This document shows, piece by piece, positions 1 through 9,700 of a stretch of DNA of 64,000 nucleotides (the first letter of the stretch is position 1; each line of letters starts with the position of its first letter). The notes beneath the pieces are model-generated. The model was given only the letters and a program-made list of their open reading frames with translations. It ran no database searches and was not told the DNA's origin. A program made the translations under genes and the position numbers. The DNA comes from Bacillota bacterium. Lineage in GTDB: Bacteria; Bacillota; Clostridia; Peptostreptococcales; Anaerovoracaceae. The stretch covers positions 2,365-66,364 of the forward strand of contig JALFXR010000046.1 in the NCBI GenBank assembly GCA_022787405.1, written 5' to 3'.

Positions 1-1476
1 CGCCTCCACCTTTATTCCCGTTATGTCCAGTGTATCTCCGATATCGTATACTTTTTTCTTGGGTGGGGTGATAACTTCTATGTAAGTGATTTTGCTGCCC
101 AGTGCCATCATGTGTGCCGAGTCATTCTTAAAGTAAATGGTACCGTATTCATCACAGATCGGGCTTGCTATTGCGTACTGTGCCTGTCCGCCCTGGGGTG
201 TAAACAGCACCGGCGCACAGTCATAGGTCTTGCCGTCTGATGCCGTTTCTTTGATTCCATCCAGCAGAGACATCTGCCCCGGTCTGTCCTTTATGTACCG
301 CAGTTTGCCCGGCGTCATATTTTCAAAGAAATACACATAGACATATCCTTCCGACTTTTCGTATGCGGTGGTAATCAGCCCGCTTGTCTGAGGGTATCCC
401 ATACAGCTTGCGGTGTAGGCGATAGAAAAGCTTTCAAGATCGATTACGGCGATTCTATGTCCGTTATACTTATCAAACTGCCCGCTTCCCGATACGCCAA
501 CATAGGCTCTCCCGTTATATACCGCGGGAGTTGAGGTGCTCATGCCGCCTAGTTTTAGCTCTTTCAGGTCACTGATTTTCCCTGATTCGGATACCTTCAC
601 CGAGTAAAAGCTGCCGCCTTTGCTGGTAAAATAATATCTGCCTGTGACCTCATCGTATGATACATTGGAGCGAATGTCCGCATTCAGTCCTTCCACTGAA
701 TCAAGAAGCTTTCCCGTCTTCGGTTTAAAACATAAAAGCTTTGAGCTCTGACTTATATATCCGTCATTTCCATCATCTGTCCCTACAAGGACAAAATCAT
801 CATTTACGAAAGCTCCTGCCCAGTAGTATCCGCCCTTGCTTGTATAGGTCCATTTGGCTTTCTTGGCTTCTGTCGCAGATGCAGGTTTTTCGTCCTTTAC
901 CGATACACATACGAAGTTGGCATTCCTCGTTTCGGAGTTCCAGAACCCAGTATACACATATCCGTCATGATATATAATCGGACAGTTTGGCTGTCCCTTA
1001 AGCTCGTCCTGATACACCCACAGAGATTCAAGCGTCTTGGCATCGAAGGCCTGAATTCTCCCGTTGGCAAGACCCACGAAAATCATTCCGTCCCCATAGG
1101 TAGGCGGAATAATGCTGAAATTGGAGCGCTCCACCATGCTGCCGCTGGCCACCAGTTCTCCGCTTACCGCATCCATTTTATTGATAGTCTTTCCCTGATT
1201 GTAATAGAGGTATCCATCCACCAGAATCGGTGAACCGATTGCTCCTTCACCGTACCCATCTCCGGATTTAGTGGCCCAGTAAAGGGCTGCTTCCCCTGCT
1301 TCTGTCGGCACCGGATCAGAAACCACGGCATTGTTGTTTTCGTTTCCGCGAAAATCCGTCCAGTCACGCGTTATGACTTTTGACGGGTCGCTGGCTCCGA
1401 AGGCAGCAGCGGAAGATGTCACTACAAGGACTGCACAAAGTGCTGCTGTCAGTATCTTTTTACCTGTTCTTTTCAT
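1..1476 (-). CDS. Secreted PQQ-like/BamB-like beta-propeller repeat protein (3' end runs off the window)
   Basis: Absent from the ORF track because no stop is reached before the window edge. An ATG at ~1476 follows an AGGAGGG RBS and reads MKRTGKKILTAALCAVLVVTSSAAAFGA (signal peptide). I checked the frame by hand at 1-120, 721-780 and 1441-1476 and found no stops. Propeller-blade-like motifs repeat (GSPILVDGYLYYNQGKTINKMDAVSGELV; GDGMIFVGLANGRIQAFDAKTLESLWVY). The start overlaps the stop of the upstream gene by ~16 nt. Confidence 0.6.
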   Translation of the reverse strand, partial: MKRTGKKILTAALCAVLVVTSSAAAFGASDPSKVITRDWTDFRGNENNNAVVSDPVPTEAGEAALYWATKSGDGYGEGAIGSPILVDGYLYYNQGKTINKMDAVSGELVASGSMVERSNFSIIPPTYGDGMIFVGLANGRIQAFDAKTLESLWVYQDELKGQPNCPIIYHDGYVYTGFWNSETRNANFVCVSVKDEKPASATEAKKAKWTYTSKGGYYWAGAFVNDDFVLVGTDDGNDGYISQSSKLLCFKPKTGKLLDSVEGLNADIRSNVSYDEVTGRYYFTSKGGSFYSVKVSESGKISDLKELKLGGMSTSTPAVYNGRAYVGVSGSGQFDKYNGHRIAVIDLESFSIAYTASCMGYPQTSGLITTAYEKSEGYVYVYFFENMTPGKLRYIKDRPGQMSLLDGIKETASDGKTYDCAPVLFTPQGGQAQYAIASPICDEYGTIYFKNDSAHMMALGSKITYIEVITPPKKKVYDIGDTLDITGIKVEA

Positions 1477-3382
1477 ATTCTTTCCTTTTCCCTCCTGTTT
1501 TTTTCAGTTTCTTCGCCATCATGGCAAAGCGGTGCATTTCCTCTTTTTCTGTATTTCCTGCGGAAGCCTCACCGTACCGGATGCTATCGTAAAGCTTCGC
1601 CGCCTTTCTGTATTCCTTTCTGAATTCTTCGCCCCATAGCATACCGATTTCTTCTTCGTAGTGAGAAAGAGGCCTGTTTCTTGCGGGCAGCCCTTTCTTT
1701 TTAAGGCTTTGCAGTGCCTCTTCCATAGAAAAGATAACCGCATCTTCCGGCTTAAGGCGCAGATACTTTCTCCTCCGCAAAGCTTTCCGCAATATCGCCG
1801 TGATTGCAGCGATAATCAGAGCCAGGCACAGAATGTACCAAAGCAGGTTTAAGCCTTCTTCCTGTGTGCTCATTTCATTGCTGCCGGCCGGTTTTTGCTC
1901 CTGCCCGGTGTTCTTTTCCGGTTCCTGCATCTCGCTTTCGGTATCCTTACCTGCGTTTATCAGCACATCGTCATTTTTCATCATGCAGCGAAGCGCAGGG
2001 TCAGATTCAAAGGGAAGCCAGCCGATGCCGTCTTCGTAATATTCGCACCAGGCATGGTAATCCTCTCCTGTAAGCTTTACAGTGCTATTTTCGAAGTCTG
2101 CAGCTTCTTCTGCTGCTTCTTCCGTAATCAGATAACCTTCCGCATATCTTGCGGGAACCCCGAGGCTTCTGAAGAGAAGTACCGCCGCAGCAGCCTCCCC
2201 TGCGCTCTTTGCATCAGGGCTGTCTTTTTTGTTCCCGGCATAGGCTGAAAATTCATCCGGAAGGCTGCTAAAGCAATGGGAATCTTCCTGAAGAACGGTC
2301 AGAATCAGGGACTTGGCTGCATCTGTTTTTCCGATGCCCGCCGCTTTTGTCTCTGCTTCTGCTTTATCAAGGTCTGTATACTCATCCAGTATATACATCA
2401 CTTCCTGCCTGTTGTCATCGCTTATGGCGAGGTAGTTTTTTTCTGCAAAGAGCCGGTAGTTATATTCTGCTTCTGCCGCTTCCCCTTCCGGCAGAGCATC
2501 CAAGATGTCACGCCGCCTGTGAACAAGGTATGTACCGGCACTGATGGTATATGTGTCTTCTCCCCATGCTCCCCCAGCGAGGAAGGTTCTGTCGCCTGTT
2601 TCCGCCTTTCTCTCCGCTCCGATGCTTATGGTTTCATAGGGTGCGTACAGATACTTTCTTGATGCCCCTGTGTTTTTTATGCGCAGAAGATTTTCTGTGG
2701 TCTTCAGATTCGCTGCAGCAGAGGAAAGGGCGGTCTGGGCGTAAAAGCCCCTTTCATGAAGCCTTGCGAAAAGTCCCATGGCATCCGTGCGGGTCGTTCC
2801 GCTAAGCTCCGTCCACACGCCGCCCTCATAGCTTTCTCCAACAAATCCCCGCAGGTAATATGGTGATGGCTCCGACATGGATACTTCAAGCTGCACCTGT
2901 TCATCGCCGTCAAACCTTCCGTATCGCATTTGGGAAATCAGATCCCCGGCCCTGCTGTTTACAAAAAGAATGTCATCCTCGCTTACGGCAGCGTAAAGAG
3001 CTGTGCAGCCTGCCGCCACACACACAGCAAGGGTAATCATCTTACACAGTTCACGCTTCAGACCGCATCTTCCGATGGAAAGATGCGCGAAAAGAAGTGT
3101 CAGGAGGATCATCGCCCCGGCCGCTGCAAGCCATAGCCAGTACTCCGAAAGAAAACTTCCTTTCCCTGCCGACGGCGGCAGAATGTCAGCGGAATAAATG
3201 CAGTTTATTCTCCCTGTGACTATACCGTACACAGTCTCTGAGATAGTTCCGGCTGTATCTGCGTTATAGCCGGACATCGTTGAGGTATCCCAAAGCACAG
3301 CAAACACGCCTGCGAAAGCAAGCAGCGCCAGGACAAGGCTCTTAATATATTTCTTTAATTTCTGTGCTTTTTGCTCCTTCAT
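1460..3382 (-). CDS. Transglutaminase-like multi-pass membrane protein (last member of a MoxR/DUF58/TGase trio)
   Basis: 640-aa ORF with several hydrophobic segments. Transglutaminase-core-like block: LFRSLGVPARYAEGY ... DYHAWCEYYEDGIGWLPFESDP. Overlaps the DUF58 gene upstream. Confidence 0.75.
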   Translation of the reverse strand: MKEQKAQKLKKYIKSLVLALLAFAGVFAVLWDTSTMSGYNADTAGTISETVYGIVTGRINCIYSADILPPSAGKGSFLSEYWLWLAAAGAMILLTLLFAHLSIGRCGLKRELCKMITLAVCVAAGCTALYAAVSEDDILFVNSRAGDLISQMRYGRFDGDEQVQLEVSMSEPSPYYLRGFVGESYEGGVWTELSGTTRTDAMGLFARLHERGFYAQTALSSAAANLKTTENLLRIKNTGASRKYLYAPYETISIGAERKAETGDRTFLAGGAWGEDTYTISAGTYLVHRRRDILDALPEGEAAEAEYNYRLFAEKNYLAISDDNRQEVMYILDEYTDLDKAEAETKAAGIGKTDAAKSLILTVLQEDSHCFSSLPDEFSAYAGNKKDSPDAKSAGEAAAAVLLFRSLGVPARYAEGYLITEEAAEEAADFENSTVKLTGEDYHAWCEYYEDGIGWLPFESDPALRCMMKNDDVLINAGKDTESEMQEPEKNTGQEQKPAGSNEMSTQEEGLNLLWYILCLALIIAAITAILRKALRRRKYLRLKPEDAVIFSMEEALQSLKKKGLPARNRPLSHYEEEIGMLWGEEFRKEYRKAAKLYDSIRYGEASAGNTEKEEMHRFAMMAKKLKKTGGKRKEYEKNR

Positions 3383-4349
3383 AATCTACAGTTATTACAC
3401 GGGAAAACTCCCATTCGTTCCTTTCATCTTCATAAATTGCCGCAGTCGAGATTCCTTTATACAAGGGCGACGATAATATATCTGCCATCTCCCATGCAAG
3501 GCTCTGGGCATCTGATATTTCCGCAATCTTAAGCCTGCTTCCGGTTTCGTTCACGAAGCCGATGTGATGGACGATTCCCCTTTGGATAAGGCTTTGGGAA
3601 AGGGAAAGAAAGTTTGATGCGGCCTGCTGTATCTTTTCTGTCGTATCTGCGCCCTCCAGCAGAATCAGGACTGCGTTTTTTACAGGAAGGCTTCCCTGCC
3701 TTATCATCAGGCTGTCCGTTTTCTGGGAAAGCTTCCAGTGAACAAAGGCGGTTCTGTCTCCCGGCACATATTGGCGCACTTCAAAAACCTCGCTCTGGTC
3801 AAAGCCCGGTTTTATCTCATCATATACATTTCCGTCAAGGTCCAGCATATACCCTCCCAGGGACTGCGTATCCAGAAAAAAGGTCTCCGGTTTTTTCAAG
3901 AATGCCGCTCTTGCCTTCACGTCTTTCACAGAGAAGCGAAAGGTTCCCGTCATGTCGCAGATCCGGACGGCTTCACTTTCAAATATGTATTTTCCCGCGC
4001 TGCCGTATGATGGCTCCATAAGGGCATCTCCCCCTGCTCCAAGGACTTTCCATTGAAGCGTTTCTTCGCCTGTAAGAAGGTTTTTTACCCTTCCTTTTAC
4101 AGCGGCCAGCGGCGTAAGGAAAGCCGGACTCTCGCATTTTACCGTAAGCACAAAGCCATTTTCTGCCGTTTCTGCCTTAAGCGATGTTTTTCCTGCCATC
4201 CGCCGTGCCGATACTGTACTCAGCAGGAGAAACAAAAGAAGTCCTGCACATATCCCAAGCGCCGCCCGGCTTCCAAGATAAATCCCTGTTCCCGCAAGCA
4301 GGCCCGCCAACGACCAGAACAAAAGGCAGCGTTCTCTGATTATGTTCAT
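3342..4349 (-). CDS. DUF58 domain protein (vWA-like, MoxR partner)
   Basis: 335-aa ORF with an N-terminal TM pair and the characteristic DUF58 motif EVRQYVPGDRTAFVHWKLSQKTDSLMIRQ. Abuts the moxR stop with no gap. Confidence 0.8.
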   Translation of the reverse strand: MNIIRERCLLFWSLAGLLAGTGIYLGSRAALGICAGLLLFLLLSTVSARRMAGKTSLKAETAENGFVLTVKCESPAFLTPLAAVKGRVKNLLTGEETLQWKVLGAGGDALMEPSYGSAGKYIFESEAVRICDMTGTFRFSVKDVKARAAFLKKPETFFLDTQSLGGYMLDLDGNVYDEIKPGFDQSEVFEVRQYVPGDRTAFVHWKLSQKTDSLMIRQGSLPVKNAVLILLEGADTTEKIQQAASNFLSLSQSLIQRGIVHHIGFVNETGSRLKIAEISDAQSLAWEMADILSSPLYKGISTAAIYEDERNEWEFSRVITVDYEGAKSTEIKEIY

Positions 4350-5282
4350 CTACAGTGCCCCCGGTATCTTTTCGCTGTCCAGTATCTCTGAAAGAACTCT
4401 TCTTTCATCCTTTTCCTCTGCCCTTGCCTTACTGCTCAGCCGAACGCGGTGGCAGCAGACATGAAGAAATACGGTTCGTATATCGGCAGGTGTAACAAAG
4501 TCTCTTCCTTCCATATATGCGGCTGCTCTTGCCATCCTGCTGAGAGCCAGCGTGCCTCTCGGACTGATTCCCAGTGAAATCATTTCGTCCTCCCTTGTCC
4601 TTCGACAGAGTCCTGTCATGTATGCCATCACTTCTTCGGATATATGTACGCTGCCTGCCTCTTCCTGCATTTTCAGTATATCCTCAATGCCGCAGACTTT
4701 TTCTGCCTTTTCAAGAGGGTTTGTTTTCTGTCTGTCCCTCACCATGTCAAGCTCGCTTTCAAAGTCAGGGTATCCCATGGATATTTTGATAAGAAAGCGG
4801 TCAAGCTGGGCATGAGGAAGTCTCTGGGTTCCTGCACCGCCCTCGGGATTCTGTGTTGCGATTACCATAAAAGGTCTAGGCAGAGGATGGCTCTTACCGT
4901 CTACGGTGGCCTGCTTTTCTTCCATAACCTCAAGGAGTGCAGACTGGGTCTTGCTTGAGGTGCGGTTTATCTCGTCTGCAAGAAAGATATTGCAAAAAGC
5001 CGCTCCTTTCTCATATCGGAACCGACCGCTGTTTTTGTCATACATGGTAAAGCCGGTAATGTCCGATGGAACCACATCGGGTGTAAACTGTACACGCTTG
5101 TAGTCCAGTCCAAGGACCTTGCTGAAGGCAAGGGCCAGTGTGGTCTTACCCACGCCGGGCACATCCTCGATCAGCACATGGCCTTCCGACAGGAGCGCCA
5201 TGAGAACATTTCTTATGACTTCATCCTTTCCTTTTACTACAGCGCCTATTTCATCAAGAATTCTGTTTATCATATCTACCAT
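4350..5282 (-). CDS. moxR: MoxR-family AAA+ ATPase
   Basis: 310-aa ORF. Walker A is DVPGVGKTTLA, Walker B is FLADEINR, and the sensor region VIATQNPEGGAGTQRLPHAQLDRF is typical of MoxR. Confidence 0.9.
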   Translation of the reverse strand: MVDMINRILDEIGAVVKGKDEVIRNVLMALLSEGHVLIEDVPGVGKTTLALAFSKVLGLDYKRVQFTPDVVPSDITGFTMYDKNSGRFRYEKGAAFCNIFLADEINRTSSKTQSALLEVMEEKQATVDGKSHPLPRPFMVIATQNPEGGAGTQRLPHAQLDRFLIKISMGYPDFESELDMVRDRQKTNPLEKAEKVCGIEDILKMQEEAGSVHISEEVMAYMTGLCRRTREDEMISLGISPRGTLALSRMARAAAYMEGRDFVTPADIRTVFLHVCCHRVRLSSKARAEEKDERRVLSEILDSEKIPGAL

Positions 5283-6697
5283 TCCTTTCCGTAATTCTTC
5301 AGTTTTCCGTAATTCATGCCCATGGCCTTGTATCCCCCGATATCCTTGCCGTAGGCAAGGGTAAAGCGCAGCCTTACCACATCACCGTCCTGCACATAGG
5401 CTTTGCTCAGCCCGTAGGAGGAATATATGCCGTTGATGGAATACATCCAGCCGGAGCCCTGAGAAAAATCAAATTCTCCCAGCTCGTCTATGCCGGCGTA
5501 GCTTTCCCTGTCGAAGATGAGACCGTCTTCTTCGATTTTTTCTGCCAGATCTTCCGGTATGCTGAAGCCGCTGAGCATACCTTTCTTTTCCACTGCCGCC
5601 AGGTAAAAGCCGTTCTCGATGGTTCCGGCATGGCGACAGGAAAATCCGTTGCTTTTCAGGAACCTGTCCACCACGGATGCAAGACTCTCTCCGTCTTCTG
5701 CCTTCATGGTCTGCGGCCTGATGAGATAAGGAATTCCCACAGTGCCGGCTTCAAGGCTTATGATTATTTCTCCTGCTCCGGTTCGATACCACAGGGTCCA
5801 TACCCTGGTGACGGTGTACTGATAGACATCTCTTGCAGTCACCTGAATCTTGTTTTCTCCTTCCTTCAGATACACGCTGTAGGTCTGGCGGTCCATTTCG
5901 CCGATATAGTCTGCGGCCTTGCCGTTGCAGGTGACCTCCATGTTGCTGTAGGAAAGAGTTTGCCCCCGATAGTCTGTAAGCCATACATCAAAATTAAGTT
6001 CCTTCTGGTTATATGTGGCTCCGTCCTTCAGGTTTGTCTCGATGACGGGCATCTTTTCGGCAGGGGTTGTGCCTTCCGGTCTCTCGTACTGCACCTTTTT
6101 TATGTAGCTTCGGCGGTTTCCGCTTCCATCGATATAGCTTATCTGAAGGATGGTGGTTCCTTTGGTGCTCAAACTGATTTCAAAGCTTCCGCCGGATGCG
6201 GTAACCCGTGTTTCTTCGCCCGGAGCTGTGATGACCTTTATCTCCTGTATCTTTTCGTCAGGGCCAAGGCCCATTTCCTCAGAAAGCGCATCTTCAGAAA
6301 AAGATTCCTTCGCAAAGGCATCCTCCTCCAGATCATCCTTTAAAATCTCCTGCGGATTTCCTGGCGGTTTTTCGGGCAGATTGTCTGCCGTGCTGTTTTC
6401 TTTTCCTGAAGATGGGTTCTCGGCGGGTTCACTGTCTGCTTTTTCTTCCTTCTCCCGGCTATCTTCTGACTCATCCTCCCCTTTCGCAGCATAATTTTGA
6501 GCAGTGCCGGTTTCAGGCACTTTGTCTATCCATGGATATTCGGGCACAGTTTCTTCCATTTTTTTCACGCCAAAAACAGCACCTGTAATTAGTACAAGCG
6601 CCAGCAGCAGCGAGATATATTTCTTTATGGTTTTCTGTAATCCGGACATTTTTTCCTGCTCTTTCTGGCGTTTTTGGAGTGCTCTCCTGACAGTCAA
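5276..6697 (-). CDS. Membrane-anchored extracellular protein with C-terminal DUF4430 (transcobalamin-like) domain
   Basis: 473-aa ORF with an N-terminal TM segment (ISLLLALVLITGAVFGV) and an acidic Glu/Ser-rich linker. The C-terminal block GSGWMYSINGIYSSYGLSKAYVQDGDVVRLRFTLAYGKDIGG matches the DUF4430 signature. Confidence 0.7.
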   Translation of the reverse strand: MTVRRALQKRQKEQEKMSGLQKTIKKYISLLLALVLITGAVFGVKKMEETVPEYPWIDKVPETGTAQNYAAKGEDESEDSREKEEKADSEPAENPSSGKENSTADNLPEKPPGNPQEILKDDLEEDAFAKESFSEDALSEEMGLGPDEKIQEIKVITAPGEETRVTASGGSFEISLSTKGTTILQISYIDGSGNRRSYIKKVQYERPEGTTPAEKMPVIETNLKDGATYNQKELNFDVWLTDYRGQTLSYSNMEVTCNGKAADYIGEMDRQTYSVYLKEGENKIQVTARDVYQYTVTRVWTLWYRTGAGEIIISLEAGTVGIPYLIRPQTMKAEDGESLASVVDRFLKSNGFSCRHAGTIENGFYLAAVEKKGMLSGFSIPEDLAEKIEEDGLIFDRESYAGIDELGEFDFSQGSGWMYSINGIYSSYGLSKAYVQDGDVVRLRFTLAYGKDIGGYKAMGMNYGKLKNYGKEW

Positions 6698-6750
6698 AAT
6701 GGCCGAAGGGGCAGAAACTGCCCCGACGACCTGTTCTCATTGGTTTATTG

Positions 6751-9700
6751 TTATTTCGTCCACGTTCTCACGGCGTATTTACACTGTATAAGCAGAGTCT
6801 GTGCTACAAGGTTTCCATCCTTGTCGTAAATCTGGATACGAGCCTTGTAATAGTACTTGGTTCCCTTCTTGCCTGCAGTATTGATAAAGGACTTTGTTGT
6901 CTTAGTTATCCTTGCCTGATACTTTGAGGCTTTCTTGGTTGAACGATAGTACTTATACTTCACAGTATATCCCATGCTCTTTATTTCTTTTATGGCTGCT
7001 GCCGTGTCATCATCCACGGTCAGAGTAACCTTGATGTTCTTCTTGGAAGTCTTTGATGAGCGTGCTTTCAGGCTCATGTCTGAAACGAGCTCCTTGATTC
7101 TTTCGATGTTTGCTTCTTCATCGTTTACTTCCAGTCCCAGTGCTTCGCCGTCCACCAGTGCAAATGAGCTGAAGTGTTCTGTCTCAAATACGTAGTATGC
7201 AGTATTGCCGATAGTCTTTCTGCTGCCCGGCATCTGATTGAACTTATCTGCACTTTCAATATGCACTGCGGCAACCTTCTTATCGAGAAGCTTTGACGGT
7301 ATTTCAAGAGTTACAGTCACCTTGCCTGCAAACTTTGTGATGGTCTGCGCACCCGATTTCACGGTCAGATCAACTCTTGCAGCAGTATCTCCAAGAAGCT
7401 TCTTTTCGCTGTCGGTTGTATTCTTTTTCTCGATAATGATGGTCAGTTCGCTTCCTCTTGCCTGTGTGAGGGCGTCCTTGAGGGACGCGCTGTCCAGCTT
7501 GACGGTGCCTGCTTCCGTGGATACAGTAAGTGCCACATCCTGGCTCTTTGCAATATCTTTTAAGGTGCTGACATCCACATTCACTGTAACGGAGTTTGCC
7601 TGCTGGCCCTTGACATCCTTTGATACCTGAATGATGATATCATCGGATTTTGCTTCCAGAGCCTGCTTTTTGATTTCCTCAAGGGTATCCTTATCCACGG
7701 TTACGGAAGCGGCTCCTTCGCTGATGACCGGCTCAACTACAGCGGTAGTATCCTTCTTATCGGTGGTCACATTGCTTTCAGGCATCTGCTCTGAGCCTGC
7801 GATAGCGGTCATCTTATATTTTTCGGCAAGCTGATTGTATATCTCTGTATCTGCCACAGTGATGTATTTTTTCTGCTCATCATTCAGCTTGTTATATGCA
7901 TTATAGGCTGCTCTTGCAGCGCTTTCAGAAGAGGTTGACTTTAACGCTGCAAATTTATCCTTTGCATCGTCGATATCGGAGTAGAACTGAATCTGGTTTT
8001 CAGCTGCGGCAAGCTTTTCCACAAGTTTGCTGTCAAGTTTGGCCCGATCCGTACTGCTGAGGAGATTGTACACTTTTCTTACACTTGCCACCTCTTCCTT
8101 ATATTTCTTATATGTGGTGTATGTGATGGCATCTGCCGAAACCATTGTTTCAAGGGCATCTTTGACATAATCCAATTCGGTTTCATAAACCTTTATGGTA
8201 TATTTGGTTCCGGTATATGCTCTTGCTTCAGCTCCCTGATTGTTCATGGACGGCCACGAATATTCGCCGCATCCCACATACAGTGTGTCTCCCGCTTTTA
8301 CAGGAACAATACTTGTTCTTCTGTACAGAGCACTGTCACTGTTATATTTATTCAGGTATGTTCTTACCTGATAGTTCTTATTGGAAGCAGCAGGCGATAC
8401 CATAAGGTTTGCAGAACTGCTTCCCAGAATCAGTCCATAGTTTAAGGTGCTGCTGTCAAAAGACGGCATAAGTTTGCCTTTACTGATGGAAAGTGATTTA
8501 AGGCTGGTGTCTGAATTACCCCATGTTCCTCCCAGATCTTCTCCGAGATTTTGTGAGAACATGATATGGATTTCATCACCATCTTCCAGTTCACCGTTCT
8601 TATAGCTGAACTCGTTAAAGCCGTAGTTTGTGAACCAGTCGTTTAAGGTTCCCATCCAGCCTGAGCCGGATTCTCCGGAAAACTCTCCAAGGCGTTCTTC
8701 CGAATCATTCAGAACGAAGTCGCTTCCGTCTGCATTAACATTTCTCGGTACTTTGATGGATGCGATATAGCTTATGCTGTAATCATCCCAGCTTGAGGCC
8801 ACACCCTGACTTCCTGTAGACCAGTTACAGCCTTTCAGCTGCAGAGCTTTTAGTACAGCAGTCATCATGGTGTCGTTTTCGCAAAGGTCATAATTGCCGT
8901 CTATGAGAGTACCATACCATGCCGGCGCTCCATTGGAACCAGCCGTCTTGAAGGTCTGATTTTCAACAATGATGTGGACCTTTCCTACGACCTTGCCGTA
9001 GTCAGGAAGTGCCACACCTGAAGCCCCGCCGGTTTCCTGTTCATTCTTCTCTTCCTGTGCTTTTGTCTTAACAGCCGCCATAGCAGCGAGGGCATTTCTT
9101 CTGGCTTCGGAGATAGCCTCCACAGTAGCCGCAAGTTCAACTGCACTCAGTCCATCGACATGAGCACTGGCAAGTACCGCCCAGTTTTCATTGCTGTAGT
9201 CTTCCTGTTTATATTTGCTGAACGCTGAATCAACAGCATCCTTTGCTGATTGCTTCGCTTCCTGAAGTTCCTGCGCCACCTGTTCGCGAGTGGCTTCTTC
9301 GTATTCAGTCTTCGACATTGGAGACAACTGAATCTTCATACTTTCAGCTTCTATATTCGGCATTGTGAAATCGATGGAAATCCAAATCTCACTATACTCG
9401 TTATATCCGGTTTTTTCTGCAAGCTCCCAGTTTTCTCCGCCATCAAGAGAGTATTTTACCCAATACTGTCCTTCGTTTTGTGTCACAAGACGCCGCAGCG
9501 TTATCTCGTTTCCTGCATATGCAGTGATAGATCTCAGCTTTGCTATATCCCCACTGTTGCCAGAAGAAACTCCATTGGTTTTCACAGTATCAAAGATTCC
9601 TATGTTTTTTTCCGTTACTTTATTGAACCAAACCCATCCGGCGACATACTTTCCTGTTGCACTGCTAACCACCGCGCTATTATGTGTCCCTTGTACAAGA

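Noticed and set aside
5630-6343. 237-aa plus-strand ORF, and similar antisense ORFs at 9250-9838, 59886-60551, 61924-62502 and 63004-63420
   Set aside because: All are antisense shadows of strongly supported minus-strand genes. They have no recognisable motifs and atypical composition.
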